NCBI RefSeq assembly: GCF_009834535.1
Contig: NC_045706.1
Span: forward strand, 248,001-312,000
DNA: 64,000 nt
Reading direction: 5' to 3'
DNA from: Camelus ferus
Taxonomy: Eukaryota
The notes under the pieces: generated by a model
The model's input: only the letters and a program-made list of their open reading frames with translations
What the model was told of the DNA's origin: nothing
The model's database searches: none
Translations under genes and position numbers: made by a program
Shown here: positions 50,539-61,765 of the stretch, piece after piece
How the letters are laid out: every line of letters starts with the position of its first letter
How positions within the stretch are numbered: the stretch's first letter is position 1

Positions 50539-52007
50539 GTGAGCTGCTCCCTTCTTCTGAGATGGGTTGGGGAGGGTGGGCTCTGGGCTCCCCAGGAACT
50601 GCAGCTCTGCTCCCACCCCCACCAATTACTCAAGCACCCATTAGTGACCCAGGAAATCCCAGTGCCAGGACCCTCAAGACCGTCCCTGCAGCCTCCAGTC
50701 CCCAAAAGTGAGCCTTGGGGCCTCCTGCTCCATTTTGCACACAACTTAGTAACTTCTTACAAATGAGGAAACTGAGGCCTGCACCTTGTTGGCTGGCTGA
50801 GCAGTGGTCCCCCTGCCACCTCACCCCTGGTCAGATGTTCAGCCTTTGCTATGGAAACCCCCACACTGGTGACCTGGTCCTGAAGGCTCCAGGTGTCCAC
50901 ACACTCCATCTCTAAGACCCTCTGACCTCCCAGGAGCTAGTGGGAGGTGAGGCTGGGAGGGGCCTGGAGCCAGGTCTGGGAGGTGATGGTAGGAGCAGTT
51001 AGTGGTACTGTGGGTGGTAGAGGGTATGGGCTGGGACTGGGCTCAGGCAAGACTTGGATGCTCCCCTCAACCCCCAGCAAAGCTGTGAGTCAGGAACACA
51101 ACTCTCCCTGCAAGGTTCAGGCCACTAAAGGCACAGAGATGTAAAGTGTGGGGTAAACCCAACCCCCCAGACAGAGCGGTCCTGACCCACGGGCCTTGGC
51201 TTCCACCCCTGCTCAGGGAGCTGAGCCAGCTGTGCCTGAGTTTACACCCTGGGCCAGGAGACCCGAGTGCTGTCCTGCCTATGAGGGTGGGACAAGGTGG
51301 GCCAGTGGAAAGGCCAGGATGCTGAAAGAGAAGGGGTGTCTCAGTAAATCATGGTGCAGCCCCCGGAGGTGACACACACCCCGCAAAACAAGTGGTTAGG
51401 ATTCACATCGAATAGACAGGAAAGTCTCACCTTGTAGATACGCAGGGGAAAAGCAGCAGATGGCAGCAAGATTTCCTTTATGGGGTTAAGATTACAGCCA
51501 ATTCTTTCTTTTGATCAGATCTGTGTTTCCCAATTTTATACAAGAAGCATGCATTAGTTTAGCAATCAGAAACCAACTTTCGGGAGAGCGGGGGACCTTG
51601 GAGCCAAGTGGGACAGGTTTGGAGGCAGCCTTGGGCAAAGGGGCCTCTTTCCAGGCCCCACTGTCCTCATCACAGGGAGGTCATCTCCAAGGCCTTCTAG
51701 GGTCAAGGAGGAGGCCCAGGTGCCTCTCCTGGCAGATGGGTGTTTGGGATCACCAACAACAACCTGTGTGGCACAGAGTGGAGTGGGGTGGGCAGGGCCG
51801 GGACAATGACACCAACATGACCTCGATAAGTGTCACCGGTCAGGCCGCAGATGCCTGAGCTCCTCATCTGTCCTGGGCGCAAGTTTATCCTTGCTGTCCG
51901 AGTTAGTGAGATCCAGTGTGGAAGGAGTAGACAGGCAGGTGGGCAGGTGGCACTGTTGGTGGCCCGAGGGAGAGGGCCGGAGTCTGAGGCCAACACTCTG
52001 CCTTCAG

Positions 52008-52078
52008 GCCTGGGCATCCCTCAGCTCCTGGAAGCCATGCTGAAACTGCTACCACTGGACACCTACGTGGAGAAACCG
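52008..52078 (+). CDS. FUOM: FUOM exon 3: (G)LGIPQLLEAMLKLLPLDTYVEKP
   Basis: 71 nt, AG/GT. Confidence 0.96.
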
Positions 52079-52279
52079 GTGAGGCCTGCATTGCGGCCCT
52101 GGGTCTCAGTTTACCCTTTGCCAGAGCTCAGGGGGCCCACTTGCCTTGGATGGTGGGGAGGACATGTGTCCCTGAAGGCCCTGATCAGCAGAGCCCTGAA
52201 CTGTCACCCAACAAGGGGGTCCTGGAGGCACCCAGAGCAGGGGTGGGTGGGCTGCAAAGCTGACCCCCTCCATCTTCAG

Positions 52280-52378
52280 GCTGTGGTCATGGAGCTGGTG
52301 CCCAGCGACAGGGAGAGGGGCCTGCAGACCCCCGTGTGGAGGAGCTATCAGTCCATCCTCTTAGGGGCCGGCTGTGCG
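52280..52378 (+). CDS. FUOM: FUOM exon 4: AVVMELVPSDRERGLQTPVWRSYQSILLGAGCA
   Basis: 99 nt, AG/GT. Confidence 0.96.
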
Positions 52379-52959
52379 GTGAGTCTGAGGCCCCCATTGG
52401 GAAAGGGGTCGGGGACTCTGTGACTCCTTGGAGCCCAGGAGAAGTGAAAGACAGGTGCCCCAACCCCCACACCATGGTTGTGCAAGCTCCTGCCCTGGGG
52501 ACGGCCGCCCCTGCCCCCAGCCTCCTTCCTCCCTTCCAGGATCCTGACCTACCTGTCTCTGCCTGGGGGCCCTCACCCACCCCAGCCTGTCCCAGTGGGG
52601 ACAGGGGGAAGTGGAGTAACCCCTGGTCCCCATATGTGGTCAGAGGCCTCGCCCAGTGCTGCAGGTCACCCCCAGCCCTGCACGGGGCTGGGCTTGTCGT
52701 CCAGGGACCACCCACTGGCAGGTCTTGAGCAGGATATTCCTGAGAGAGGACCTGGGGCTCCCGTCCTGGACAGCAGCCCTCCCCCACAACCCAGAGCTCC
52801 TCAGATGATTAAGGGCCCCAGGCAGGCAGCCACCAAACATGGCAAACGCCTCACCCACCACAGCCCACTGTGTTCCTGCCCACCTAGTCCTTGCAGGTCA
52901 GAAGCCCCCTTGTCCAATGGGGCCTGGGTCCCTCAACCATGCCACCCTTTGCCTTCCAG

Positions 52960-53033
52960 AGCCCCCTGGCGAAGATAGAGAGGTTTGAGTTCTATGAGCG
53001 AGCCAAAAAGGCTTTTGCTATTGTGGCAACTGG
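52960..53033 (+). CDS. FUOM: FUOM exon 5: SPLAKIERFEFYERAKKAFAIVAT(G)
   Basis: 74 nt, AG/GT; RxxFYERA motif. Confidence 0.96.
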
Positions 53034-53320
53034 GTGAGTTCTGGTTGGATCCTACTGAGTCCACTGGGTTCTACTGGGTCCAGCTGGATCTGGGTCAAGC
53101 ATGGGGCCCGACCCCTTCCCACTCAAGAGCTCCCCCCCACCCTCGTCTCAGCCCCTGCCCTGGCTGAGACAAGATGTCCCACAGGGATTGGGACATCCCA
53201 AGGGGTGTGCCTGGCCCTGCCCAGTGGGTGATAAGAGTGGGTGGGGTGGCTGGTAGAGCAGGGGTATGGGCACCCAGCTCTCTCTGTCCCAGCTAGCGCT
53301 CAGCTCAGCTCCTTACGCAG

Positions 53321-53396
53321 GGAGACGGCCCTTTACGGAAACCTCATCCTCAAGAAGGGGGTGCTAGCCCCCGACGCCCTGTTCCAGGCCTGTTGA
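53321..53396 (+). CDS. FUOM: FUOM exon 6 (last): (G)ETALYGNLILKKGVLAPDALFQAC*
   Basis: 76 nt; TGExxxYGN motif; total CDS 474 nt = 157 aa. Confidence 0.94.
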
Positions 53397-54329
53397 AGAC
53401 GCCCCTGCCCAGAGAGGAATCTGGACCCCTGAGCCCAACAGTGCCACTGGCAGGCACGTCCAGCAGCAAGATGAACGGCCTTGCCCTGTCCGGTCAGGGG
53501 CTCTGGGTCCGGTGCTCAAATGATCCCAATTTGTGAAACTGATGGAAATTGTAGTGACTGGCCAACGTTCAATCCAGAGATTTAAACAACTCTGTCCTTA
53601 CTCACAACAGCCTGTCTGGCGCCGAGCACAGTGGAGGCTATTGGGTCCCCAGAGAGCAGACCCTTCCCTGCCCACGATGAGCCCTCAGGTGGGAAGTATT
53701 GCCTCCCTCCTCCCTATAGGTTTGGGCCACCTGACTTGGCAAGTCCCTGGGTTTGGGACCAGAGCTCACACATGTAGATACCCTCATGTGGGGAGACCCC
53801 ACAGAGGACCTGGGAAGGGGACTGGGGGACTGGAGGCCTGGATGGGGGCAGTGGTGATGCAGCACACTGCAGGGGGCCTGGAGATGGGTACTTCAGCTGC
53901 CTAGGCCACCCTGAGGGGGCAGGGACTTCTGCATCAGCCCCCAGGGCTGCAGACACTAAGGTGGCCCTTGAAGAGGGGACATGGGCTGTTCCTGCATCCC
54001 CAGAGGAGGAGGGCAGGTGACGGGGCTGGTCTGGGAACCCTGGAGCTGAAGCACAGGCTTGAGCTACCTGGGGCGCCCAGGCCTGTGTTCCCTCGCTCTA
54101 GTGGTTGAGCGCCTACTGAATACGCACAAGCCTGAGCAGTTCTGTGGACGGGGGTGGGGGGGGTGGGTAAAGGACAGGAGGATGCCCGGGGCTCAGGCAA
54201 AGGGCCTTCCTAAAGGAGGCCTGAGAGGCTGCAGGTTCTTGAACTGAGTCTCACGGGGTGGGGAGAACCAGCACCTCCATCAGCAGGCCGCCTCCTGCCC
54301 CGCGCCCACTGGTCTGCCTCCTCACGGCA

Positions 54330-54875
54330 CATCAGCCTGCACTTTGCAGAACTTCCCGAATGGACTGCAGCGCACCCTTTTGTCTGGCTTCTCCCTCAGG
54401 GTGCCTCGGTGGGATGCTGTGCGTGTTGTGTGCGTCGAGGACGCTTCTGCTGCTGGGCAGGACTCCACCGTGTTGCAGCCGCGCACTGGTGCGTGGTGCG
54501 GGGTTGTTTCCAGTTCTTTTTGACTGCAGGTAAACTTCCTGTGAACGTGCGTGCACAAGTCTGTTTCTCTGGGCTCACACCTCAGGGTCCAGGCTGGGTC
54601 GGAGGGCAGATGTGTGTGTAACTTCCTGAGAAGCTCCCAAACCGTTTCCAAAGCAGCTGAGCTAGTTTACGCGCCAGCCCCAGGCCTGCCGTCCCAGCTC
54701 CTCGTCCCGTGTGCTGGGCTCCTGAGAGCTGCTCTGACAGGACTGTGGTGGTGTCGCCTCCAGTTTTCATTTGTTTCCCTGTTGATCAAGGCCGTTGAGC
54801 ATTTCCTCATGGGTGGACGTGCCTTCTAGCTACTTTCTTTGCTGACATGAATGTTCAATCTCTTGCCCATTTTGG
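54330..54875 (-). mobile_element. Old L1M 3' region, strongly GC-shifted
   Basis: TTTTGTCTGGCTTCT...GGGTTGTTTCCAGTT...AAACCGTTTCCAAAG...GTTGAGCATTTCCTCATG...TGTTCAATCTCTTGCCCATTTT is collinear with the L1 at 33.5-34.1 kb. Confidence 0.8.
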
Positions 54876-54939
54876 CACCAGGGCCTTTAATGATTTTGGT
54901 TACCAGGATCAATGTCATGGGGGCTCCCACCCCATCACC

Positions 54940-55625
54940 AGGCAGCCCTGCTGGGTGTCCTGCAGCTCAGCCAGGTTCTGACACCACCTGCCTGAGGATG
55001 CGTCAGATCCCTCAGGTTCACGGCTCAGTCTCGCAAGACTGCCCCCAGCACCGCCCCTCCTCCAGATGCCAGTCCCAAGTCCAAGTTGTCACCTGGGCTT
55101 CTGACCAACTGGCTGTAGATCGGGGGCTCCCACGACCCCTCCCTGGGCTGGACTGATTTCCTACAGCTGCTCACAGAACTCAGAGGAACATTCACTCACG
55201 AGATCACTGCTATCTTTGGATGTGACTCCGGGACAGCCAGGTGGAAGAGATGTGGGGACGGGTCCCCCACCTCTCCAGGTGCCACTCTCCCCGAATCTCC
55301 TCGGTTCACCAGCCCAGAAGCGCTCCAAGCTCAGACCTTTGGATTTTTATAGAGGTTTCATTACAGAGGCGTGGTTGGTGAAATCTTTGGCCATTGGTGA
55401 GTGGTCCTCTCCCCTTCCCGAGGTCTGGGGGTGGGGCTGCAGTTCCAACCCTCTGGTCCTGGGAGGTTCCCTGGCAGTTGGCCCCCATTCTTAGGGACCG
55501 TCCCAGGGTCCCTTCATTCCTACAGCAAAGGACACCTTTATCATGCTCATCAGGGTTTTGGGAGCTTCGTGCCAGGATCAAGGACGAAGACCAGATGCAT
55601 ATTTCTGATTATAAATCGTGTCGCA
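54940..55625 (+). mobile_element. MER21-like ERV LTR
   Basis: Collinear with 16170-16975; ends GACCAGATGCATATTTCTGATTATAAATC. Confidence 0.75.
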
Positions 55626-57438
55626 GTCTTTTTCACTCAGTCCAAGCTCTTGTCAGGGAGCGCCGGGGCCACAAGAAGCATCTTGGGCTCAACCAAATGC
55701 TCAGACTTGGGAGAAGAGCATAGAGCACCCTTGCTGGCCATCTACTCAGGAAGGACGTCCCACGGGGTGCAGTGGGTCGCAGCCAGCTCAGGTGTTTGGG
55801 GTGAGGGTCAGTGGGTACCGCCTCACTAAGAGCCCACGGCCCCCAGAGCCAGTGTCTCTGGCCACCGCTCTGCAGGTGCAGCGTCCAAGTTCCCGCCAGG
55901 GCTGCTGCCTCGGGGAGCCAAGGCTGTGGCTCCCAGGCGGGAGGACTGACTTCCCACCCACCAGCAATCACTCTGCATAAGCAGTGCTGCCTAATGACAC
56001 CGGGACAGAGAGAGGTGACTGCAAGCTCAATGGGTCTGTTTGCCTCTGTAGGTGGGGTGAGGGGTGGGAGTGCGCCTGGGAGAGCTAGGGGAAGGGGCTT
56101 GCGGGGGACTAGCCAGCCAGGGGGCCTCCCCTCCCCTCTCCTCCACTCCTGATTCCAAGAAAGGCTAGAAGGAGCCACACCTATCGTTGGTGACAGACCC
56201 GTGGTCTGTCGCCTCTGCCAATGTCTCCTGCTCCTGAGGCTTGCATGCACTGAAGCTCACGTCCAGGTCCCCAGCTCACTCTGCCTCTCCAGCTGTGCCC
56301 TGGGTGGAGGAAGTGTCCTCGGGGGAGGGCTGGAAGGAGACTTGGCCACAAACACCACCATGGGCTCCCCAGGGCCGTGGCCACCAACGACCTTGGGTCC
56401 GAGCTCACTGGGATCTGGTCCCCGAATACCTGTACCCAAATCACTCAGGGGTGGCCCCCTAACCAGACAGAGGAGTGACCTGGAGAAGCCATGAGCCTCA
56501 CGCATGCTGAGTTCAGGGCAGCCTGAGACCTGGGTGCAACTCTGGGGACTCGCAGACACTGCTCCTCGGGTCTGGGTGGGAGCAGGGGCCCCCGACTTAG
56601 CAGGCAAGGTGCATGGTGGTGAGGCGCATGGCGGCAAGGCTGGGACCTGCTCTGCCTGTGTCGGGGCAGGGTCTCAGGCTCCTCATGGGTAGCACGGGGC
56701 TGGCAGAGCTTCTGCGTTGTGGGTGCTGGGAGGCATGTTTGAGTTCTAGGGGGCTTGGGACTTGCTGGGCAACAGGAGCTCCAGGGCACATGGGGTCATC
56801 TGGACAGACCCACAGTCTCCGGAGCAGTGAGGTGTGGCATTCTGTCTTGGCCACAGAGCCGACTCTGTCTGGGCCATGGGGAGGGCTCAGGCACCAAATG
56901 CTTCCCTCTCGATGCAGGGGCCGAATGCTACCCAGAAACCCCATCTGAATTGCATGCACCCCGGCACAAACACTATGTGTGGAGTAATTCCAGTGACCCC
57001 ATACCTGCAGCTGTGACTTCAGACCTGCTGAGCCAGGCCAGGCCAGAGCTGGGCACCTCAGCCAGTGCCAGCAACTGCCCAGAAAATGAGGACAGAAAGT
57101 CTGGACCCAAGTCCACTCTCATTCACCGGTGCACCTGAGCACCTGTCCACCTGTCCATCTGAGGAGTCAGACTGGGCTCCCTCCTCCCAAGACCTTTCCA
57201 TTCTCAGGACCTGTCTGATGGAGCCCAGGGTAATTCCACCCTGACCACTGGCCTTTGCCACACCCCAGCCCCCTCCCAAGAGCATGGGCTCTGGGCGTGG
57301 GCAGCAGGGCTCAGCCTTGTGCTCCTGGGGGCTCTCGAACTGGGGGGCAAACCCATGGCCCCCCTTCTCCCAGACAACAGGCCGGGGCTCACAATCACTG
57401 ATCTTGAAGACACATGTGGCCTCCACCTCTTTGCAAGT

Positions 57439-57444
57439 TTTATT
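57439..57444 (-). terminator. PRAP1: PRAP1 polyA signal AATAAA
   Basis: TTTATT on + strand, 19 nt after the TAA. Confidence 0.8.
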
Positions 57445-57463
57445 TTTTCCAGCTAGGAAGGGG

Positions 57464-57633
57464 TTAGGACTCCCTGGGATGGTAGATGTGGTCTCGGTCC
57501 TCCTCTGGCCCTTCGAGCACCTGGTGAGATGGCAGCACCAGAGCCCTGACCCCCGCCTCCTCCTGGGGCTCCTCCAGCCAGCTGTGATACAGGCTGTCAC
57601 GGTCGGGTTCAGGGCCCAGGATGTCCTTGGCAC
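57464..57633 (-). CDS. PRAP1: PRAP1 exon 5 (last): (G)AKDILGPEPDRDSLYHSWLEEAQEEAGVRALVLPSHQVLEGPEEDRDHIYHPRES*
   Basis: PEPDxDSLYH and GPEEDxDHIYHP motifs; acceptor TTCGTAG; total CDS 399 nt = 132 aa. Confidence 0.92.
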
Positions 57634-57723
57634 CTACGAACAGACAGATAGAGGTGTGGCCTCAGCTTCCCTCTCAAGGCCTCATCATCCAAGTCGACCC
57701 CTGGAGGGCTCCCCTGCCCTGAC

Positions 57724-57827
57724 CTTGCTCCCCCTCCCAGGGGGCGGCTGCGACTTTTGGTGCCACAAGCAGCCCCATGAGCTGGTTGTCCTTCTCCAGA
57801 GGCTCCATTGCTCGGACACCCCAGGCC
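57724..57827 (-). CDS. PRAP1: PRAP1 exon 4: (E)AWGVRAMEPLEKDNQLMGLLVAPKVAAAPWEGEQ(G)
   Basis: AWGxRxxEPxEKDxQL motif; donor CAAG|GTCAGG is the only in-frame option. Confidence 0.88.
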
Positions 57828-58393
57828 CTGTGAACAAAAGCCCCTGGGTCAGGTCCACGTGCACAGCAGGAGGCCCCAGGGCCAGCACGCTGCCACTCCC
57901 AACCCAGACCCTCGGGCCAGGTGCCCCCACCATACCCCTCATGTGCAGAGCCCAGGAAATCCCCGAGGGTGAGGGGCATGGGAAGACATCCTGGCCCAAG
58001 ACCAAGGCTGTGTTGCCTGGGGGGATCCATGGGGACGGGGTTGCTCTGGGCCATGAAGACCCCTGGGGCTTGTCCGAGGTTCTGTCCTGTCCGGATGTCA
58101 GCAGGCCCCAGGCCTGGTCAGGCTGTCCTCACATGGGTGCAGGAATAGGGCACAGTTCAGAGGCTTCTCTGTCTCTGCCTTGGCCTTGAGCGGGAGCCCT
58201 GGCAGGGACTGCAGCCTGGAGTCCCCAGGCTCTGTGATCTGCTTGGTTGTTGACAGACCCAGAGACTCTCGCATCACCCCTCCCCAAATCTGCTGGACAG
58301 GACCTCTCCTCCATCCACCAAGGCCCCCAGCTCAGGGAGGCCCCAAAGAGGGTGCAGCAGAGGAGTTCAGGAGGGGCTGCTGGGGGCACTCAC

Positions 58394-58443
58394 TCCTTTG
58401 TGTCCTGCTCCATGCCGACTTTGCCTTTGGTCTTGAGAAGGAC
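58394..58443 (-). CDS. PRAP1: PRAP1 exon 3: VLLKTKGKVGMEQDTK(E)
   Basis: 50 nt; CTCTCTCTCAG acceptor, GA|GTGAGT donor; phases match neighbours. Confidence 0.88.
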
Positions 58444-58933
58444 CTGAGAGAGAGAGGCCACAGATGTAGGCTCAGCACAGTCCTCAAAGCGTCTAAGGTC
58501 AGAGAACAGCTCCAAAGCCCCCTGGATCACACTTGCCGACTCCATTCCACCCCTGCCTGCCCCTCCTGGGCCCTCTGGGGACTGGCTGGGGGCCCTGTGG
58601 TTTCTGGGAAGACTTGAGGAAAGCAGACGGGTCACACCCGCACCACCTGTGCCTGACTGGTGGCCTGAGGAGGAGGGGCCAGCAGGGACAAGAAAGCAAA
58701 TGAAACAAGGGACCCAGTGGAGTGAGTGCTTCCCAGCAACTATGGGTCCTCCTGTGTCTCCCTCTTCAACTGGTCGCTCCCAGGTGAGCAGGGCTGAGTG
58801 GCCTTGAGCCAGGGCGAGGAGGTGACAGCCCCAGCACAGTCCTGGCCCCAGACAGTTATTGACACCCAGCACAGCTGAGCAGTCCTTGCCTATGGAGGTG
58901 CCCTGGGCTTCACAGCACAGGCAAGTGTCAGCA

Positions 58934-59042
58934 GGCCCCCTCCCCGACCTGGTCACCTGGGGTCATGGAGGCCCCCCCCCAACCTGGTCACCTGGGGACA
59001 TGGAGGCCCCCTCCCCCACCTGGTCACCTAGGGTCATGGAGG
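58934..59042. repeat. ~36-bp minisatellite x3, each unit containing a DR4 element
   Basis: GGCCCCCTCCCCGACC TGGTCA CCTG GGGTCA TGGA units read directly. Confidence 0.92.
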
Positions 59043-59225
59043 CTTGTCCATCAGACCCCGAAGAGGGGCTGCTCTGAGTCATCCTGTGTCCCCCCAGTGC
59101 CCACAGTACCACCCAGTACACAGGGCCTGCAGTCTTCAGGTCCAGGGCCGGCCAGGTGCCCTTCTCCACCTGCCTGCTGGCTAATGGGGGAGCAGAGGGG
59201 AGGCTGGGGAGGAACCCACACTTAC

Positions 59226-59292
59226 CTGGGGTATCAAGACTGAGCCTGCCTCCCACGGCAACACAGCCACCAGGCCAATGACCAGGAGGAGT
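59226..59292 (-). CDS. PRAP1: PRAP1 exon 2: (R)LLLVIGLVAVLPWEAGSVLIPQ (signal peptide)
   Basis: 67 nt, AG/GTAAG. Confidence 0.93.
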
Positions 59293-60055
59293 CTGGAGGA
59301 CCAGAGAGGAGAGTGAGAGGTGGGCGAGGGGCTGCTCCAGCCCTTCCATCTCCAGACAGGACGCCTGGGGCCAGGTCCTGGCCAGGTCCACGGGTAGTTT
59401 ACTGTCCCCCTTGTCACAGACCAGGACACTCAGGCATTGAGAGGTGGGACCTTGACAGACCCCCACCTACTCCCAGCCCCCAACCCCCAGGACCAGAGGC
59501 CACTCTCCTGCCAGCTGCCCTGCATCCCTCACTAGGGGCAGACCCCACCCTGCAGGCATGGGCCACCCGCTTGGACCTGATGATTTGAGCCCCACCTCCA
59601 GCTCCAGGGCCTGGCCTGGGTCAGTGCGGCCCCCAGCGCCCCACGTTCAGGCGCTGGTGGGGCTCGGGCTCAGGGCTCAGCTGTTAGGGCGCTCTAAGCC
59701 CTCAGCACCCCTGCAGTCTTGCCCTGTGGCTCCTCAGAGGCAGGTCCCAGAGCCGTGGACAGACAGCAGGTCCAGTACCTGGGCAGGAAGCCCAGGAGGC
59801 GGGAAAGGCGAAGTCTCTGCCTGGACATGGGGGAGGCCGGGAGCGCCCACAGGGAGAGGAGGTCAAGGACCCAGCCTGAGCAGGGGTCTGAGGAGCAGCG
59901 GCCGAAGGTAGATGTCCAGAGATGTGCACAGGGCGGAAGGTGTTGGGGACTCAGCAGTGAGGAGGCCTTACCCAAGACGGCAGTGTCGGGAGAGCAGAGG
60001 ACGGACAGGAGACACTGTGGGGCACGTGCCTGGTGCATGTGTGTCCATGAGCATG

Positions 60056-60439
60056 TGTGACTTTCAAGTCGTTAAAAACCAACACAACAGGCCCCAGGTG
60101 GAGTTACTTATGCTAAGCCCCATATCACCCAACTGAGACTGAATTACAGTCTGGGCTCTCCCAGTAGCAGACTCTTAAACCAGTCAGTCCGGAATCGCTG
60201 GGTCAACACTGGTGAGGTGGGTGGCCAGAGACCCCGCCACCCCCTGAGGGAAGTGACCTTGCAGTCACCCAGAGGCTCTGCTTCACATCCCCTCCTTGTT
60301 CCTGCTCCCTCTGCCTGTAAGTCTCACTTTGTAATGAAAGCTCCTGCTGGATGGATGCTACCAGATTCGAGTAGATTTTCGAGTAGATTTTTGCTTAAAT
60401 AAACTCAGAACGCTTCATATGCCCTGGGTATCTTCAGCA
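60056..60439 (+). mobile_element. ERV1-class solo LTR in PRAP1 intron 1
   Basis: GGAGTTACTTATGCTAAGCCCC...TTTGCTTAAATAAACTC...ATCTTCAGCA architecture; contains a 12-bp duplication TTCGAGTAGATT x2. Confidence 0.65.
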
Positions 60440-61631
60440 GTCCGCGTGTGCAGTGGGCTGGGCCAGGGCTGGGGAGGGCCGGGGAACGCAGGGTCAGCAG
60501 GGATGGCCAGCCAAGGCTTCCTACATGACGTCCCGCTGGCCCCAGATTCCAGCCCCACAAAGACCTTCGCTCCTTCTCCGGGTGACTCAGCACATTGGGG
60601 TGAGGGTTCCCATGCACACTGAGGGGCCAAAGGGTGGGAGCATGCCCTGGACTGCAGGGCACTGGCCTGGTCTAGTTCAACTGCCCTGCCTCCCCTGGGT
60701 ACCGACCCCCGGACAGAGGCCGGTTCTGCTACTTGGTGAGGATTGAAATGGGGGCCTGGGCCTACGTGTCTGGACTTCACACCCAGCTCCACACTGCTCA
60801 GCCACATCAGGAAGCCACTTTGCAGGACAGAAGGCTGCTGGACCGGGGAGCAGGGGTGGCAGTGGTGAGCACGGGGCAGCCTGGCTGTGGGCCCCCTGAA
60901 GGCCCCTCTCCAGGCAGACAGCTCTGAACACCAAGACTGCCCACCTCTCTATAAAGGCCGCATGGCCTCTTGAACAAGATGGAGTCCCTAGGAGAATCCC
61001 CAGGACAGGAGGGCCAGAGAGAGCTCCGGCCCAGGGGAGGGACACCCTACAAGAGGGTAGGGGAGGAGAGGGGAGACCCCTGAGGGAGGACGGCCTCTGA
61101 CTTCAGGGTCCAGCAGGAGCCCCCATGCTCCCTGAGCCTCCAGCTCCCAGGGTGACGTCCCTTTGGGCTCTGCCTGCCCCTCCCCCAGCCCCTGCCAGCC
61201 TCCAGCCCCTTGGTCTTGACTACCCCCCAGTCAGACCTGCCTCCTTCCAGCCTTGTGCTCCGCACCTCCTGCTCCAGTGGGTGATTCTCCACTGGGTCAA
61301 GGGACCCCCAAGGGGCAAGTGTACTCTCTCAGAGGGGCCACAGGGGCTGCCTTTGGAGCTGGAGCCCAGACGCAGACAGATGGGCAACAGTTACTCTGGG
61401 AGACTCGGGAGGGGAGGTCTGCCCCAAAGCCCCAAACACCCGGGAGGAGCTGGCGCTCTGGGCAGCCACAGCCAAACACTGGTTTGCAGACAGAGAGCCC
61501 TCACCCCTGCCCCTGGATCCAGGCCGGGCTGGGGACACAGGTGCCCAGGGGCTGGTCCCTGAACCAAGTGACTGAGCAACAGAGGTGCAGGGTCTGGGTG
61601 GGGACATGGGCTCACAGGTGCTGGGCATTAC

Positions 61632-61639
61632 CTCTTCAT
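61632..61639 (-). CDS. PRAP1: PRAP1 exon 1 coding part: ATG AAG AG; proline-rich acidic protein 1
   Basis: 5' UTR CAGAGCACCCTCTACG...GACCCTGAA ATG AAG AG|GTAATG resembles the human PRAP1 start as I recall it; phase 2 matches exon 2. Confidence 0.85.
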
Positions 61640-61759
61640 TTCAGGGTCCTGTTCTCAGCGTAGAGGGTGCTCTGGGGGACCTGTAGCTCAGACCCGGGTA
61701 GCCAGTGACCCAGGGATCCAGATGCCAGGCCTCGCTCCTCCCCACCCAGCTTCTGGAGG

Positions 61760-61765
61760 TTTTAT
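61760..61765 (-). promoter_or_regulatory. PRAP1: PRAP1 TATA-like box CATAAA
   Basis: ~120 nt upstream of the ATG in a non-CpG-island, tissue-specific-type promoter. Confidence 0.55.

Noticed and set aside
57284-58189. 301-aa + strand ORF
   Set aside because: Antisense to PRAP1 exons 4-5 in GC-rich DNA; no domain or splice context.
58934-59042. CRISPR-like array (also 28248-28298 and 50268-50310)
   Set aside because: Head-to-tail repeats with no unique spacers, no cas genes, and a eukaryotic intronic context.
60638-60647. p53 response element in PRAP1 intron 1 (GAGCATGCCC)
   Set aside because: Only one half-site; no second decamer nearby.
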